A stretch of DNA of 64,000 nucleotides from Dendrobates tinctorius (GCF_039654945.1 NW_027361771.1:36642001-36706000); one strand, 5' to 3'. Shown: positions 48,270-61,221, numbered from the stretch's first letter. Notes: generated from the sequence alone by a model not told the origin. Made by a program: numbers and translations.

Positions 48270-50039
48270 TCATAAATCCTGATATGTAGGGGAAGGGGAA
48301 CGGGGAGGAACAGCCTGTGGGTGCTGCTGGACATTGTGGGCAACATCGCCCTGTGTGGGGCCATATTGTTGCCCATGATGCTGTTGTTGTCCAGCCTCCT
48401 GGGCCTGTTGGTGATACTGGCCAGAGTAATGATGATGGTGAGGGGCTTCTTGTTGGCTCTGGTAGGCCCGTGGATCATACCCACCAAGATAGCCAGATCG
48501 TCCCCAACCAGGTTGGGACCAGCCTCCAACACTGGGTGGGTACAAGTGGCCATATTGGTGGGGTTGGCTTGATGAAGACATTTGGGGCTGCGGAATAGAA
48601 GGATGGGTAGGGGGAGGAAGGGGTTGAGGTGTTGGCCCACGTATTAGGGGCTGTTCAGACCCTGCTTGAGCAAGCATCTGTGTGGATGGTCTCATGCGCA
48701 TTAAATTTCTTGGTGAGAGCTGCCACCTCTCCAGAAATTCAAACACCTCATATGGGGTATTGGGGGGGTGCTTGCATCAAGCAGGATCTGAATACACCCC
48801 CTAATACGGAGCCTGACCTCACGGGTAAGGGCACGGAGATAAAGGGTGAGGCTACGTGCATAGGCCTCCTCACCATCATCTGTAGTGACTCTGGACAAGT
48901 AATTCAGCACCCCAGTGTCCACATGGGTCCGGCTCTCTTGAATGGCGACCTGGCGCCTTCTTCTTATTCGCCGTGATGCAAGAGCAGCCTGTGGGGAGGG
49001 CCTGATCTGGGCAGTTGGGCTGTTGCTCAAGTTGCCCATCTCTTCCAGGATGGGTGAGGTTGCAGCTGCAGACCGTCCTGGTGGTGTGTTGTGTCGGGCA
49101 GCCATTGTGTGTTCTGGTGATGCCTCCTCTTCAGCCATCCTACTTGTAGGGGGAGAAGATGGGCCAGCCACCTCATCCCCTACAGGATCAATAATGGGCT
49201 CTGCCTCTGAGGCCGTTCCTCGATCCGTAAGGTTGGATTGAGTTCTGTTATGAAATAGAACAGAGGCAAAAATACATCAATATTTTTGTCCCTGTAAAGT
49301 ATTTGTGTAATGTTTTTGTGTCATGTGGTGTGAGGTATGTACTTACGGTCTCAGAGCCAGAATTGGGGCGAGGAAGTTCAGCCGGTCATAGTAGATGTAT
49401 TTGCGCTTGACATGGCCAGCATCCCCACTGCTGGACCGCTGCTGGCGTTCCCGGCGGTACTGGTCCCGGATGCTTCTCCACCGTTTCATCACATCTTCCA
49501 CTGCAATGTGACAGGAAAGATTGTCAAAATCACATATTTGAGAGGTCACATTTTCAAACAGTAGTCTAGGCATGGGGCCTTATGGGGGTGTGCGTTCTAC
49601 CCATGGTGGCATATGTAATTGGGCCGATACCCAGGGTCTCATTAGCGCCCCTGAAACTAATTTCAGTGGCTAGGAGGATGAGGAGCTTGTGGCCTAACCC
49701 CTAATTATGGCTGTGTGAAGCCACGTGTCACATCCTAATGTAACGGCCTCATGAGGCTAATAAAAGTACATGCACAGGAAGGGGGGGGGGGGCTGATTGT
49801 AGAGTCATTTTATAGCGCGCGCTAACGTTAATTATATTTTTATGGTTGCACTTACGAATTTTCTGCTGCTCATCGCGTGGTCTGTCACCAAAGTCATGGT
49901 ACATCTGGCGACAGATGCGCCTCCATGACGCCTCCTTTCTTGTGCGGTTCGCATAGTTTGCGTCGCGTGGGTCCCATATTTCTGGACGCTCCTGCACCAG
50001 CACAATTAGCATCTCTACATTAATATATGCGGACGCCAT
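48270..50039 (-). pseudogene. Harbinger Myb/SANT (MADF) + BESS-like protein; join(complement 49856-50039, 49347-49500, 48270-49244), 1-nt frameshift at the G7 run 48762-48768
   Basis: LIVLVQERPEIWD..Y..R..KEASW..I..KRWRSIRDQY (MADF); YIYYDRLNFL; DGEEAYARSL..L..RLR..IQILL (BESS-like); Q/P/G-rich tail; GT-AG introns in phase. Confidence 0.88.
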
Positions 50040-50925
50040 GCTGCTGCTGTACTCCGTGGAGGCGTACTTCCTGGATGTCTGGAGCGCTTTTTGAGCTCAT
50101 TTGCATGTCTAGGCTTCCTGATGATGGATTGGCCCATTTCCTGTTCCCCAGCCAAAAGACCTGCGTATTGCTCGCAGGTCACACGTGTGTTCAGTGTGTA
50201 ATCCGTATTTTTTGCGCACCCATAGACTTGCATTGGCGTACTACGGGCGTAGTACACTGACAATCGCAGCATGCTGCGAGTGGCACGGAGCGGAGGATAC
50301 GGAGGAGAAATATACGCCTGGTGCGAGTGACCCCATAGAGAATCATTTGTCCGTGTCTAATGCGTGCTTTTTGCGCCTCTCACTCTCCCGTATTCCTCGC
50401 CAGTGTGACTCCGGCCTAAGGAGACAATTTGGGGGAGAAATGTGTGAGAGGCCAGTATGGGAGAAGAGTGTGCTGGCGCACTATATATAGACTTGGTAGT
50501 GTGGGCGGCAATGAAGAGAGGGATAGCATGGGGACAGTGTAAGGACACAGTATGGAGTCGACACTATGCAGAGTGGAGGAGCATGAGGAGGGAGGCACAG
50601 TATAAAGATTAGGCAGTATAGTGGAGACACAGTATGAGGAGACTGGATACTGGGCTGCGATGAGCGGTGAAACACTGCCCAAATCACAGTCCATTGGGGG
50701 ACTGCATGTGACTGGGTCACGCTTCGGTGATGCAAGGGATTCTGGAACTTGGCGTGACTTCAGTGTCGGCTACAGCTGGGGTCTCGTGATGCCGAGTGAT
50801 AGAGCAACGAGAGGTATTTACAAAAATACTTCTTTCAAGGTTTAAATCAGGGGCATTACAGTATACCATGGAGTGGACAACTGCTTTAATATGTTGATTA
50901 TCAACATTTTAGACAGCTTACACAA

Positions 50926-53610
50926 CCGGTATGTGGAGATGTGTGACCGCAATGAGAGGACGCATGACCGGAATGTGGGGACGTGTGACTGGAATGTAGG
51001 GACGCGTGACCGGAACATGGGGACGAGTGACCTGAATGTGGGGACGCATGACCTGAATGTGGGGACGCGTGACCGGAACGCGGGGACGCGTGACCGGAAC
51101 GCGGGGACGCGTGACCGGAACGCGGGGACGCGTGACCGGAACGCGGGGACGAGTGACCGGAATGCGGGAAGGTGTGACAGGAATGTGGAGATGTGTGACT
51201 GGAACGTGGGAAGGTGTGACTAGAATGTGGGGATGTGTTACCGGAATGTGGGGACGTGTGACTCGAATGTGTGACCGGAATGTGGGGACGTGTGACCGGA
51301 ATGTGGGGACGTGTGACCGGAATGTGGGGAGGCGTGACCGGAATGTGGGGAGGCGTGACCGGAAAGTGGGAAGGTGTGACTAGAATGTGGGGATGTGTTA
51401 CTGGAATGTGGGGACGTGTGACCGAAATGTGGGGAGGCGTGACAGGAATGTGGAGACGAGTGACGGGAACGTGGGAAGGTGTGACTAGAATGTGGGGATG
51501 CGTGACTGGAATGTGGGGACATGTGACCGGAAAGTTGGAAGGCGTGACCGGAATGTGGGGACGCGTAACCTGAATGCGGTGACGCGTGACCGGAACATGG
51601 GGACGAGTGACTGGAATGCGGAGACGCATGACCGGAATGTGGGGACGTGTGACCGGAATGTAGGGATGCGTGACCGGAACGTGGGGACGCGTGACCGGAA
51701 TGCGGGGACGCGTGACCGGAACGTGGGGACGCGTGACCGGAATGCGGGGACGCGTGACCGGAACGTGGGGACGCGTGACCGGAATGCGGGGACGCGTGAC
51801 CGGAATGCGGGGACGCGTGACTGGAACGCGGGGACGCGTGACTGGAACGCGGGGACGCGTGACTGGAACGCGGGGACGCGTGACCGGAATGCGGGGACGC
51901 GTGACCGGAATGCGGGGACGAGTGACCGGAATGTGGGAAGGTGTGACAGGAATGTGGAGATGTGTGACTGGAACGTGGGAAGGTGTGACTAGAATGTGGG
52001 GATGTGTTAACGGAATGTGGGGACGTGTGACTCGAATGTGTGATCGGAATGTGGAGACGTGTGACCGGAATGTGGGGAGGCGTGACAGGAATGTGGAGAT
52101 GTGTGACCGGAACGTGGGAAGGTGTGACTAGAATGTGGGGACGTGTGACTCGAATATGTGATCGGAATGTGGGGACGTGTGACCGAAATGTGGGGAGGCG
52201 TGACAGGAATGTGGAGACGAGTGACGGGAACGTGGGAAGGTGTGACTAGAATGTGGGGACATGTGACTGGAAAGTTGGAAGGCGTGACCGGAATGTGGGG
52301 ACGAGTAACCTGAATGCGGTGACGCGTGACCGGAACATGGGGACGAGTGACCGGAATGCGGAGACGCATGACCGGAATGTGGGGATGCGTGACCGGAATG
52401 TAGGGATGCGTGACCGGAACGTGGGGAGGAGTGACCGGAATGTGGGGACGTGTGACCGGAATGTGGGTAGACGTGACAGGAATGTGGAGATGTGTGACGG
52501 GAAAGTGGGAAGGTGTGACTAGAATGTGGGGATGTGTTACCGGAATGTGGGGATGTGTTACCGGAATGTGGGGATGTGTTACCGGAATGTGGGGACGCGT
52601 GACTGGAATGTGGGGACGCGTGACTGGAATGTGGGGACATGTGACCGGAAAGTTGGAAGGCGTGACCGGAATGTGGGGACGCGTAACCGGAATGCGGGGA
52701 TGCGTGACCTGAATGTGGGGACGCATGACCTGAATGTGGGGACGCATGACCTGAACGCGGGGACGCGTGACCGGAACGTGGGGACGCGTGACCGGAACGT
52801 GGGGACGAGTGACCGGAATGTGGAGATGTGTGACGGGAACGTGGGAAGGTGTGACTAGAATGCGGGGATGTGTTACCGGAATGCGGGGACGCATGACCTG
52901 AACGTGGGGACGCGTGACCTGAACGTGGGGATGAGTGACCGGAATGTGGGGACGTGTGACCGGAATGTGGGTAGGCGTGACAGGAATGTGGAGATGTGTG
53001 ACCGGAACGTGGGAAGGTGTGACTAGAATGTGGGGATGTGTTACCGGAATGTGGGGACGTGTGACTCGAATGTGTGATCGGAACGTGGGGAGGAGTGACC
53101 GGAATGTGGGGACGTGTGACCGGAATGTGGGTAGGCGTGACAGGAATGTGGAGGTGTGTGTGTCGGGAAAGTGGGAAGGTGTGACTAGAATGTTGGGATG
53201 TGTTACCGGAATGTGGGGACGCGTGACTGGAATGTGGGGACATGTGACCGGAAAGTTGGAAGGCGTGACCGGAATGTGGGGACGCGTAACCGGAATGCGG
53301 GGACGCGTGACCGGAACGCGGGGACGCGTGACCGGAACGCGGGGACGCGTGACGGGAACGTGGGAAGGTGTGACCGGAATGCGGGGATGTGTTACCGGAA
53401 TGCGGGGACGCGTGACCGGAACGCGGGGACGCGTGACTAGAATGTGGGGATGTGTTACCGGAATGTGACGACGCCTGACTGGAATGTGGAGACATGTGAC
53501 CGGAAAGTTGGAAGGCGTGACTGGAATGTGGGGACGCGTAACCTGAATGCGGAGACGTGTGACAGGAATGTGGGGACACGTGACTGAAAAGCGGGGACGC
53601 GTGACTGAGA
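50926..53610. repeat. 21-bp CpG-rich minisatellite (~2.7 kb)
   Basis: Unit gtgaccggaatgtggggacgc; over 100 diverged copies. Confidence 0.95.
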
Positions 53611-53814
53611 GGTGTGATGGAATTGTAGAGAAGTGTGACCCGATTGTAGGTTGGTGTAACCACAAAGTGAAGTAGTGTGATTGCAATGTGGGGAGCTGTG
53701 ACCCAAATACAGTGACGTATTTGTGTGTCGTGACCCCGGTGTATGGACAGATCACTGCAGCTTATCACAGAACACATGAGCTAGCCACAACCTCCCGGCG
53801 TCTAACGAAATCAT

Positions 53815-53978
53815 ATCGGGCATGCGCATTGCAGTCTGCCAGGCACACAGCAATCAGCGCGGGATGGAAAGTGACGCATGTGTGGTAATAGTCTCTCGTC
53901 ACCGGATATGTATTGTTGTCATGGAAGCTGGTCTCCAGGCTTTGGCTGAGGCTCGCTTGAGAACACAGTGTGTGCAGC
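53815..53978 (+). promoter_or_regulatory. TMEM17 proximal promoter: X-box-like GTTGTCATGGAAGC (53915-53928) and NRF1-like GCATGCGCA (~53820)
   Basis: 11/14 match to RFX consensus GTTGCCATGGCAAC, 50 bp upstream of the ATG of a ciliary gene. Confidence 0.55.
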
Positions 53979-56900
53979 ATGGCGCTGCCAGGGCCCGTCC
54001 GTCGGCAGTTAGATTCTGTGACACGCAGCATATTTCATGATGTGAGGCGTACGGTGCCAAACCAGAGCGAAGTGACTGCTAGCAGCGGTGAGAGACGGAC
54101 GCGGAGCAGGGGGCACTATACATGGCATTAGGACTGGATGGGGGCTTCTGTGTGCCCACCCTAACTTGCAGGCTCAGTAACCCCAGTGTGCCCCTGTATA
54201 GTGCTGCAGCTGCCTATTACACAGGTAGGCCATGCAGTGTATAGTCAGAGCTGTGTCCTCTATAGGGTGAGTGATCGCCATATAGCCACTATATAGGCGA
54301 GCTGTGTGTGCATGGCGCCCTCTCAGACACCAGCCTTTCCTTTACGTGTTCCTCTGTTACTAAAAAATTAGAGACTGAAGTGCTTTCAGTATACAAAAGC
54401 ACTTCCCAAGCCTCTGTCACTCCGGCTCTATTCTCCACCCAGCGCTGTCACCTCCTGCTTGTCCGATAGCGCCTTTCTGTGGGACTTCAAGTAAAGGGAA
54501 TGTAAGGCGGCGCTGGGCTGAGAATAGACCTTGGGGAAGTGCTTCCACACGCCGAAAGCACTTCAGCCTCATTTTCATGTTGATGTAAATAGTAATTTCA
54601 GGTTTACCTATCCAGTAGAAGTTGTCTCAGACTTGGTATTGAGAGATTTCAAAAAGTGACCTCTGCTTCGTACAGCCCGATGTTATGGCAAGCTGCCATG
54701 CAAGTCAGTGAGTTTGTGGACACCATCAGACTGCACTCATCATTTGAGTACAGCCTGATTTCCGAGCACTGACAGAATGGAGAAGATGGAGACTTCTTTT
54801 TTTTCTCCATCTTCCTGAGAGAATTGGAGTACACTGTCAGTCAGACGTTGATCAGAGTGTCATTTGCATAATCGGCACAACTATCAGATGAGTGAACCTA
54901 CATCCGTCTGCACTGCCCTTTTGAATAGATTGGCAGTGCACATGCCAGACGTGTGCCCATTACTTCCCTATGGGGCTGCTGACTGCTGAGGAGGAGAGCC
55001 ACCATCTTATGGCTCCCTTAGGCCATACGGAAAGGGGTGATCAGGATAGTGGGACTCGTGTAAGGCTCAGCATCCAAAACAGCCCCAAATAGACTCAATT
55101 GTCTCATGAAATTACAATGGAAATCAGGTTTTACCAAACTTTATACTGAGACACAAAACCCGACATCCATTATACAGTGGCGTTAAACCCAATTAATAAA
55201 AATCAGCTTCTACTTGTGCCAACAGTATCATTGTAAAGCAACACTTCATTAGTTATCTGTGTATACAGCATCACCGAGGCTTACTTCTTACCATAGACAT
55301 CGGTGGCCTATCACTAGCATGGCATATGCCATCAACAGAGGTCAGTACATGGAATTGTGAGGAGCCAATTCTCACTCAGAGCCAAAATGAAGTGGTGTGT
55401 GTTAGGAGCGGTGGAACGCACTAAATAAAATTATAAATAAAGTGCGTTCACCGCTCGGGGTCCACCGTGCGGTAGATGGCAAGACCGCTGCTAGGTGGTG
55501 GCAGAGGTATCTGGCGGTAGAGTGCACAGGGTTAAGACTTCACCCGAGAGCACTGAACAAGCTCTGTTGCACTCACAGAGCACATGAACAGATAAGGCTG
55601 CAGCGAGCTCTGTTTGACTCACAGAGCTGCAAGCATACGCAAGCTCTGTTACACACACAGAGCTGCAAGCATACACAGACCCTGTTACACACACAGAGCT
55701 GCAAGCATACACAGACCCTGTTACACACACAGAGCTGCAAGCATACACAGACCCTGTTACACACAGAGCTGCAAGCATACACAAGCTCTGTTACACACAC
55801 AGAGCTGCAAGCATAAACACATGTGCAACAACGCTGAGTCTGTTTGAATGTCACAGGAGCTCAGCGACACAGACACGGTATCTGGTCACAGGAGCGGCCC
55901 TAGCTGACGGCACCAACTCCGTCTAGACCTACCGTGTACGTCTGGGAAATAGGGCGTTGCCAGTGCGAACGCACCTAGAGCTGCTACTGCAGCGTGGAGT
56001 TAACTAAGCCGCTGTAGAAACACTGCTGTCAAGCAGGCGCAAGGTGACGCTAGCTGCTGAGCGCTGGAGCAATGGCGCGCTGGCGCTAGTACTGGCTCTA
56101 ACTCAAACTCTCACACATTCGTAATAACCAAGGAATGGGGGGTTTCAAATGAGTCATTCACCAGTCCATGCATCCATCAACAAACATACAGCAGCAAGTA
56201 TGACTATATTAGCGCATGGCGGAACAGCCATGCGTGCTTTTTATAGCGTACGGGACCTGCCGGAAATCTCCAGAACTCCAATAGGAGCCAATAGGATTCA
56301 GAGCAGGACCTGAGCACCTGACTCCCGAACTCCAATAGGAGCTCGTCCTGTGAGCATGCTCAGAAGCTGGCACAAAGGACTTCGCCTCTGGAGATAAATG
56401 TGAGGACCTGGGTTTCTGCATAGGTATGTCAGAACTCAGATTCCTAACAGTGTGTTACCTCTGCTTAGCTTTTTTTTCGGAGGCTGCTTAGAATCCTTCC
56501 TATAGTATTGGCCGGCAGGATGAATAGAGCTGACTGTCACGTCAGTAGAGTTGCCGTCACTATGCCGATCACAGTGATCAGTCTAGGCCAATTTTACTGT
56601 GAAAAGTCCCTCCTGGTGGTGTAGTTCATAGTTTCCTTGCCTAGGTGGTCCTGAATCAGTGGTAAGACCACCCTACCCCCATTATCACCGCCTGCATGCT
56701 ACAACATGGACAGTTCCCATTGTAGTTTCAGCTCCCGCATGAGAAGTAGATGGAGATAGGTTCTGTTGGGTGACGCCGGGAGAGATGATCTGTGCCAGTT
56801 TTTGCGATGTATATCATGTTACTGATTATTTTCCTCTCGTCTCTTTTAGAGGTCGACATTGTCTCTAGCTTGCCGCTCCAGATGTCGCTCTATTTCAACG

Positions 56901-59900
56901 CCTTTTATTTCCCCTTCTGGTGGATCTGCGATGTTTTAACACTTCAATTAAAGGTACTAATTAAAATGTATGTGTGGATGAAAATGCTAAATAGTGTCAT
57001 TCTAGCCGATTAGTCAGTTAGTCTCCTATGGTTATCAGACGTTCCCTTTTCATTAGACATTCTTCATGAATAGCTTTGCATGTTTTATTAGATGCTTCTT
57101 GTCAGTGTCACAGATCACCGTAGGAAAATAAATGGCATATGGTACCTTTCTACCATGTTGCTGGTGCAGCTGGCATCTCTGCTGAAAGATTAGATCATAT
57201 AGACTTAACTTTTCATGTGAGCTGCGCCAAAGCATAATGATGAGAACAAGGCTTATGTTTTTCTGCAATCATAAAGAACTCAATGCTGAGGATAACAAGG
57301 AGTCTTGGGTCTCCCTCTGAAAACCTGGAAAAGTCACAGTTTAGCACCTATTTGTAGGATAGGTGATAAATGATGAAGAGGAGACTGATTGGCGTAGTGG
57401 TTGGGCGTACACCCTGCCCGTCCAGTTATGTCTATGAGGATGCTAGAATTAGCCGACTGCTTTGTCACTGTATACGGGCTGCTATTAGGAAAACACTTAG
57501 ACTTGAATCATCATTGCATTTCCGCCAGTTTTTTTTAGCATGAATACCCTTCAATTATTGACTGTCTGATTTGCCACAAATTCATCACAGATTTGCGCCT
57601 TTTTTCAAGTTGTCTTTTGTGGTCTTGTTAGTTTTCTGATTTTTAAATCAGTGTGGCTTTTCCAGATGTTTTAGACAATTTCGTCAAATGTGACTCTTCT
57701 AAAAAAAAAAAAAAAGATGCAGAAATTGGCACAACTCTACTCCACTCCTCTCCTGGATTGATTTTATGTACGGCAAACCATTTTGATGAAATTGGGGCAA
57801 ACTCGTCAGTGAAAACCACAGGTAAAAAAAAAAGTGGTTTTAAAAAACCTACAAATGATGAATCGGGCCCTAACTGTGGCTGATTGCACAGGGGTTTCTT
57901 AGTCCCTGATTATATCACTAGGAATTTTTTGATCTGGGATGTGCACTGCCCCTCCAGTCAGAGGACTTTTAAGTTGCCCTTTTCTCAGTTTGAAATGTAA
58001 TTCAGAAATGGCAGTTAACAGGAACTGTGGAGGTCAAGAAGATCAAGCAACATTTTAGTGAGAGCTGCTTGTAGGTTTGATAGAGAGGCAAATCAGAACC
58101 CCCGCTTGACTGCAAACGTCTTTCAAAAAGATTTAGCAGACTCTGGAGTTGTAATACACTGTTCTACTGTTCAGACACCTGCACAAATATGGCCGACATG
58201 GAAGAGTCATCAGAAGAAAATCTCTCCTTCTTCCTCACCATAAAATTCAGAGTCAGGGTATGTTTGTGACGATCAGTGAACGCTGCTGGTTGGATGCTGC
58301 GTGCTTGTGCAGTGTCCAACCTGAAGCGTCCAGATGTTACAGCAAAGTGGATGGGATTTCAAGAAATTCCGATGCTTGCGGATCACCCGCAGAGACGAAC
58401 ATGCGGTGCATCTTTCCAAACCGCAGTAAATCAATTTCTCTTGCAGAGACTAGCGTCTCCGCAAGAGAAATTTCACCCAATGTATTGGATGCAGTGAATC
58501 CTCACGGGTCAGTGAACACATGCGGATTCACCTGTGTCCAGTAGCCGGAAGCGCTTTTGACGTAACAAACATGCGCTGTGTCAAAGCGCTGTCAGTTTCT
58601 GATCGTCTGCATATACCCTTATAAGTATACAAAAGAACATCTAAACAAGCCTGATGCTTTTTGGACACAAGTCCTGTAGACTGATGAGGTTAAAATAGAA
58701 CTTTTTGGCCACAATGATCAAAGGTATGTGTGGAGAAAAAGGGCACAATTTCAGGTACAGAACATCTCACCAACCAATAAGCATGGGGGTGGATCAATCA
58801 TGATTTGGGGTTGTGTTGCAGCCAATAGCATGGAGAACATTTCATGAGTAGAGGGAAGAATGGATTAAATGAAATTTCAGCAAATTCTTGATGCAAACAT
58901 ATCATCTGTAAAAAAAAAAAAAGCTGAAGTTGAAAAGAGGATGGCTTCAACAAGTGGAGAATGATCCTAAACATAAGTAAAAATCCACGATAGACCACCT
59001 CAAATGGGGCAAGCTGAAGGTTTTACAATGGCCCTCACAGTCCCATGATCTAAACATGATTGAAAATCTGTGACTAGACCCCAAAATAGCAGTGAATGCA
59101 AGACGACCCAGGAATCTCACAGAACTGAAAGAATTTTCCAATGAAGAATGGATGAAAATTCCTCAAGTAAGGAATGAAATCCTCTTGGCTTGCTACAAAA
59201 AGCGTTTGCAAGCTGTGATACTTTCAAAAGGGGGCCCTGCTAGGTACTAACCATGCAGGGTGCCCAAACTTTTGCATTGGCCAATTTTCCTTTTTGTCAT
59301 TTTTAGAATGTAAAAGATGGGGAAAAAAATTATATATATATATTTTTTTTTTTGCCTAAAATTCATAGGAAATGCTTCATCTTTAACGTTAGGCCTTTTA
59401 GAGATCATTTAATCTTCAACTTGATTAACTGTATACAATAACAGTAATTTTGACCACGTGTGCCCAAACATGGCACTGTACTCTGAGCGTTACAGATGAA
59501 TATAATAGAAGCAGGGTCTTATGTTTGTTAAATTTCTTAATTTCAGTTTATTTTAATCTGTCTTTTTTGCATGTCCAGTGAGTGAACCCTTAGAGCTGCG
59601 TGCTATATGTGACCTGCTACCATGTGTATGTCCGTCAAGTCCTACTTCTGTCCCCTCCAGGAAGCTTATGGATTTGTGTCCTCTATCTTCTCAGTATGGC
59701 TGCCTTATACTATTATTGCAGACTTGCCATTGGTGACAGTGTTGCTTTTTTTATTTTTGCAGTACGTTCTCCTTCCCGATCACTACAAATTCATCCTAGT
59801 GACTCTTCTGATCCTGATGTCTATGATTGAAATAATTCGGCTATACCTTGGATACAGTGGAAACCTGCAAGAAAAGGTATCCTAAAGCATGGTAGAGCTG

Positions 59901-61221
59901 TGAAGCCAAGGGATAGACATCCCTGGAACTGATCTGCTCAAAAAAGGTTTATTGCTTATGCACATATGTAGAATCCTTGATCTAGTCTGATAGCCACTTC
60001 GTGATCAGGAAGGGTTACTTTCCTTGCAGGAAATGTGGACACAACATCTTTTAAACTTTTTTTCTGAATGCTTTTTAAAGTGGATTTCAGACTGAATCCA
60101 CCTGGAAAAGACGTTGTGTTCACATTGGGTCAATTTTCTTCCTTACCGATAAGTGATATTTCCTAATTGCTTCTGGCTCAAAAGTAAAGAAACTGTTAAT
60201 ACACACCGGCACCAGTACAGTAATATTTAAAAATGTACTCATAGATTTACAAATTCATCTATTTTCTCATTTAGTAGTAGGTCTGTTTCCAAATATTTTT
60301 GGCCTGGTAAAAAAAAGCAATGGTGATACAATACAATAGTAAAATAGTGGCACATTTATATAGAAAAATGATGTAGTCATTTGGGATGCCTCTCAACCAA
60401 TATGCTTGGATGTTGTTACGTTCGATGATCCTTAAGCCCTTCACGATGTATAATGTATATTTACGTCATAAGTCGTGTCAGGTCATTTTTACCATATAGT
60501 GAGCATGGGAAATAAAAAACCCAAAAAACAATTGTGAAATTGCACTTTTTTCACCGCACTTAAATTTTTTTGCCCGTTTTCCAGTACATTATATGGTACA
60601 ATCAATGGGGTAATTCAAAAGTACAACTCGTCCCACAAAAAACAAGCCCCCTTGCGTCTATCTTGACAAATATATAAAAGTTATGGCTCTTGGAAAAGAG
60701 GAAGAAAATACGAAAAATGGCCATTAAAGGGGTTGTCCAGACTTAAAAAAATGGCTGCTTTCTTTCAGAAACAACATTGCCTCAGTCCATGGGTTCTGTG
60801 CATTATTGTAGTACAGCTCCACTTCACAGGGTTGCAGTACTAAACACAGCCCATGGTCATGGATGGTGCGGTTTCTGAAAGAATGCAGACATTTTTTTCT
60901 AATCCATGACAACCACTTTAAGCGACTAGTTAAGGGGTGTGTTTACCTTTTTATATTTGTTCAATGCCGTTTACTGTTTTTCACTAGGTTCCTGAACTAG
61001 CTGGATTTTGGCTGCTCAGCATCCTTTTACAGTTGCCACTGCTACTTTTTCTTTTATGTGATCCTGGCGTGGAACCATTGCCACTTGAACGAGCATCACA
61101 TGGAATACTCGCAGCATTTTTGGTCTTTCAGATACCTGTATCGTCACTTACTCTACGGAAGACTACCAGACGTCTCGCTGGGAGATTTCACCAGCTCGGA
61201 AACTTGGGAGAACATGCCTAA
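53979..61221 (+). CDS. tmem17: Transmembrane protein 17 family (ciliary transition zone, MKS module), 186 aa; join(53979-54087, 56850-56953, 59763-59876, 60988-61221)
   Basis: MALPGPVRRQLDSVTRSIF...|VSSLPLQMSLYFNAFYFPFWW...LK|YVLLPDHYKFIL...IRLYLGYSGNLQEK|VPELAGFWLLSILLQLPL..PLPLER..; GT-AG introns, phases consistent (109+104+114+234=561 nt). Confidence 0.94.
55400..56449. mobile_element. Solo LTR related to the 38270 element, in TMEM17 intron 1
   Basis: TGTTAGG...CCTAACA; perfect 5-bp TSD GTGTG; shared blocks (ggaacgcac..aaagtgcgttc, acacggtatctggtcacaggagc); internal ~36-bp tandem repeat 55620-55815. Confidence 0.9.
57990..59478 (+). mobile_element. Degraded Tc1-like element in TMEM17 intron 2
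   Basis: Remnants TDEVKIELFGHNDQRYVW, KHGGGSIMIWGC, QWPSQSHDLNMIENL; end cactg+TA; internal gtgcccaaact direct repeat. Confidence 0.75.
58256..58618. mobile_element. Harbinger-type MITE nested in the Tc1
   Basis: TIRs GGGTATGTTTGTGACGATCAG / CTGATCGTCTGCATATACCC; TCA/TTA flanks. Confidence 0.65.
60728..60917. mobile_element. Kolobok/T2-type MITE
   Basis: TTAA|AGGGGTTGTC ... GACAACCACT|TTAA with internal inverted symmetry. Confidence 0.75.

Larger units (their letters stand above)
45514..50416. mobile_element. Full-length autonomous-type PIF/Harbinger transposon (4903 bp), two convergent genes
   Basis: TAA TSDs (45511-45513, 50417-50419); TIRs GGCTGGAATCACACT / AGTGTGACTCCGGCC; DDE transposase (+) and Myb/SANT gene (-). 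Confidence 0.95.

Noticed and set aside
50873-53777. Long ORFs (582, 549 aa etc.) with VTRPHIP/GHASPHS repeats
   Set aside because: A 21-bp unit (multiple of 3) with few stops gives ORFs on both strands; artefact of the array.
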